Shown here piece by piece: positions 63,630-64,000 of a stretch of DNA of 64,000 nt. The position numbers and the translations under genes are program-made. Below the pieces are notes generated by a model. The model was given only the letters and a program-made list of their open reading frames with translations. It was not told the origin of the DNA and made no database searches. The stretch lies in the NCBI GenBank assembly GCA_013265495.1, contig MU058384.1:6010792-6074791 (forward strand), written 5' to 3'. Source of the DNA: Vicugna vicugna (Eukaryota). Within the stretch, counting starts at the first letter, position 1, and each line of letters opens with the position of its first letter.

Positions 63630-64000
63630 AAATCAAATATACCAAATGTGGAGAGAATGGATCAATGGGAACCCAAAGACGGCTGGTAAAGTGGAGCAAT
63701 TGCTTTAGACAAACAATTCGGCCCTATCATGTGAGGTGAAACATGGAAACAACCAGCAAGTCTATTGTAAGGCGATCACGCTAGAGGAAATGTTGCAGGA
63801 GCGCCCCAGGAGCCACGCCCAGGGGCATCCAGAGCACTTCCATTCAGACTTCTAAAAATCCGGAAACAACCCAAATGTCAACAGGAATTCAAATAAACAT
63901 GCTCTGGTCCAGTCATACAAAGGCCTAGTACGTAGCAGGAAATGTCAGTGGTCTCTGCTCCACTGAGCTGCATGGATGAACCTCAGAGACACGGTGGTAA
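63630..64000 (+). mobile_element. Highly diverged L1ME-like 3' region
   Basis: 'ggaaacaacccaaatgtc...aaataaac...catacaa...catggatgaacctcaga' follows the order of L1ME 3' landmarks. Confidence 0.65.

Noticed and set aside
1..64000. Prokaryote-type systems (CRISPR arrays, operons, defence islands)
   Set aside because: The sequence is mammalian. I saw no regularly spaced repeat-spacer array and no gene-dense ORF clusters.

Overview
AT-rich, repeat-dense mammalian genomic DNA with no recognisable protein-coding gene, so it is intergenic or deep-intronic. A tRNA-derived SINE at ~8.3 kb resembles the camelid Vic-type SINE as I recall it, and I see no Alu, B1/B2, Bov-tA or PRE elements, which suggests a camelid genome (inference). 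A large share of the window is interspersed repeats: young 5'-truncated L1s, old L1M fragments, L2, MIR, CR1/L3, MaLR and ERVL LTRs (one with internal sequence), and hAT MITEs (MER53, MER58, Charlie-like). The supplied ORFs are either decayed repeat frames or short and unrecognisable. The most notable signals are: (1) an L1-made processed copy of an ERV1/MER41-like transcript (PPT + U3-R + polyA + TSD, no U5) at 56.1-56.7 kb; (2) a tailless 5'-half tRNA-Ile(AAT) retropseudogene with TSD at 29.6 kb; (3) a MER53 MITE whose inner 19-bp arms are perfectly complementary while the outer arms have decayed; (4) an L1 inserted at the centre of a 24-bp palindrome; (5) an orphan L1 5' terminus; (6) a weak candidate minus-strand spliced lncRNA. 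I found no convincing novel multi-gene system. Repeat family names come from remembered consensus sequences, and boundaries are approximate unless a TSD is given.
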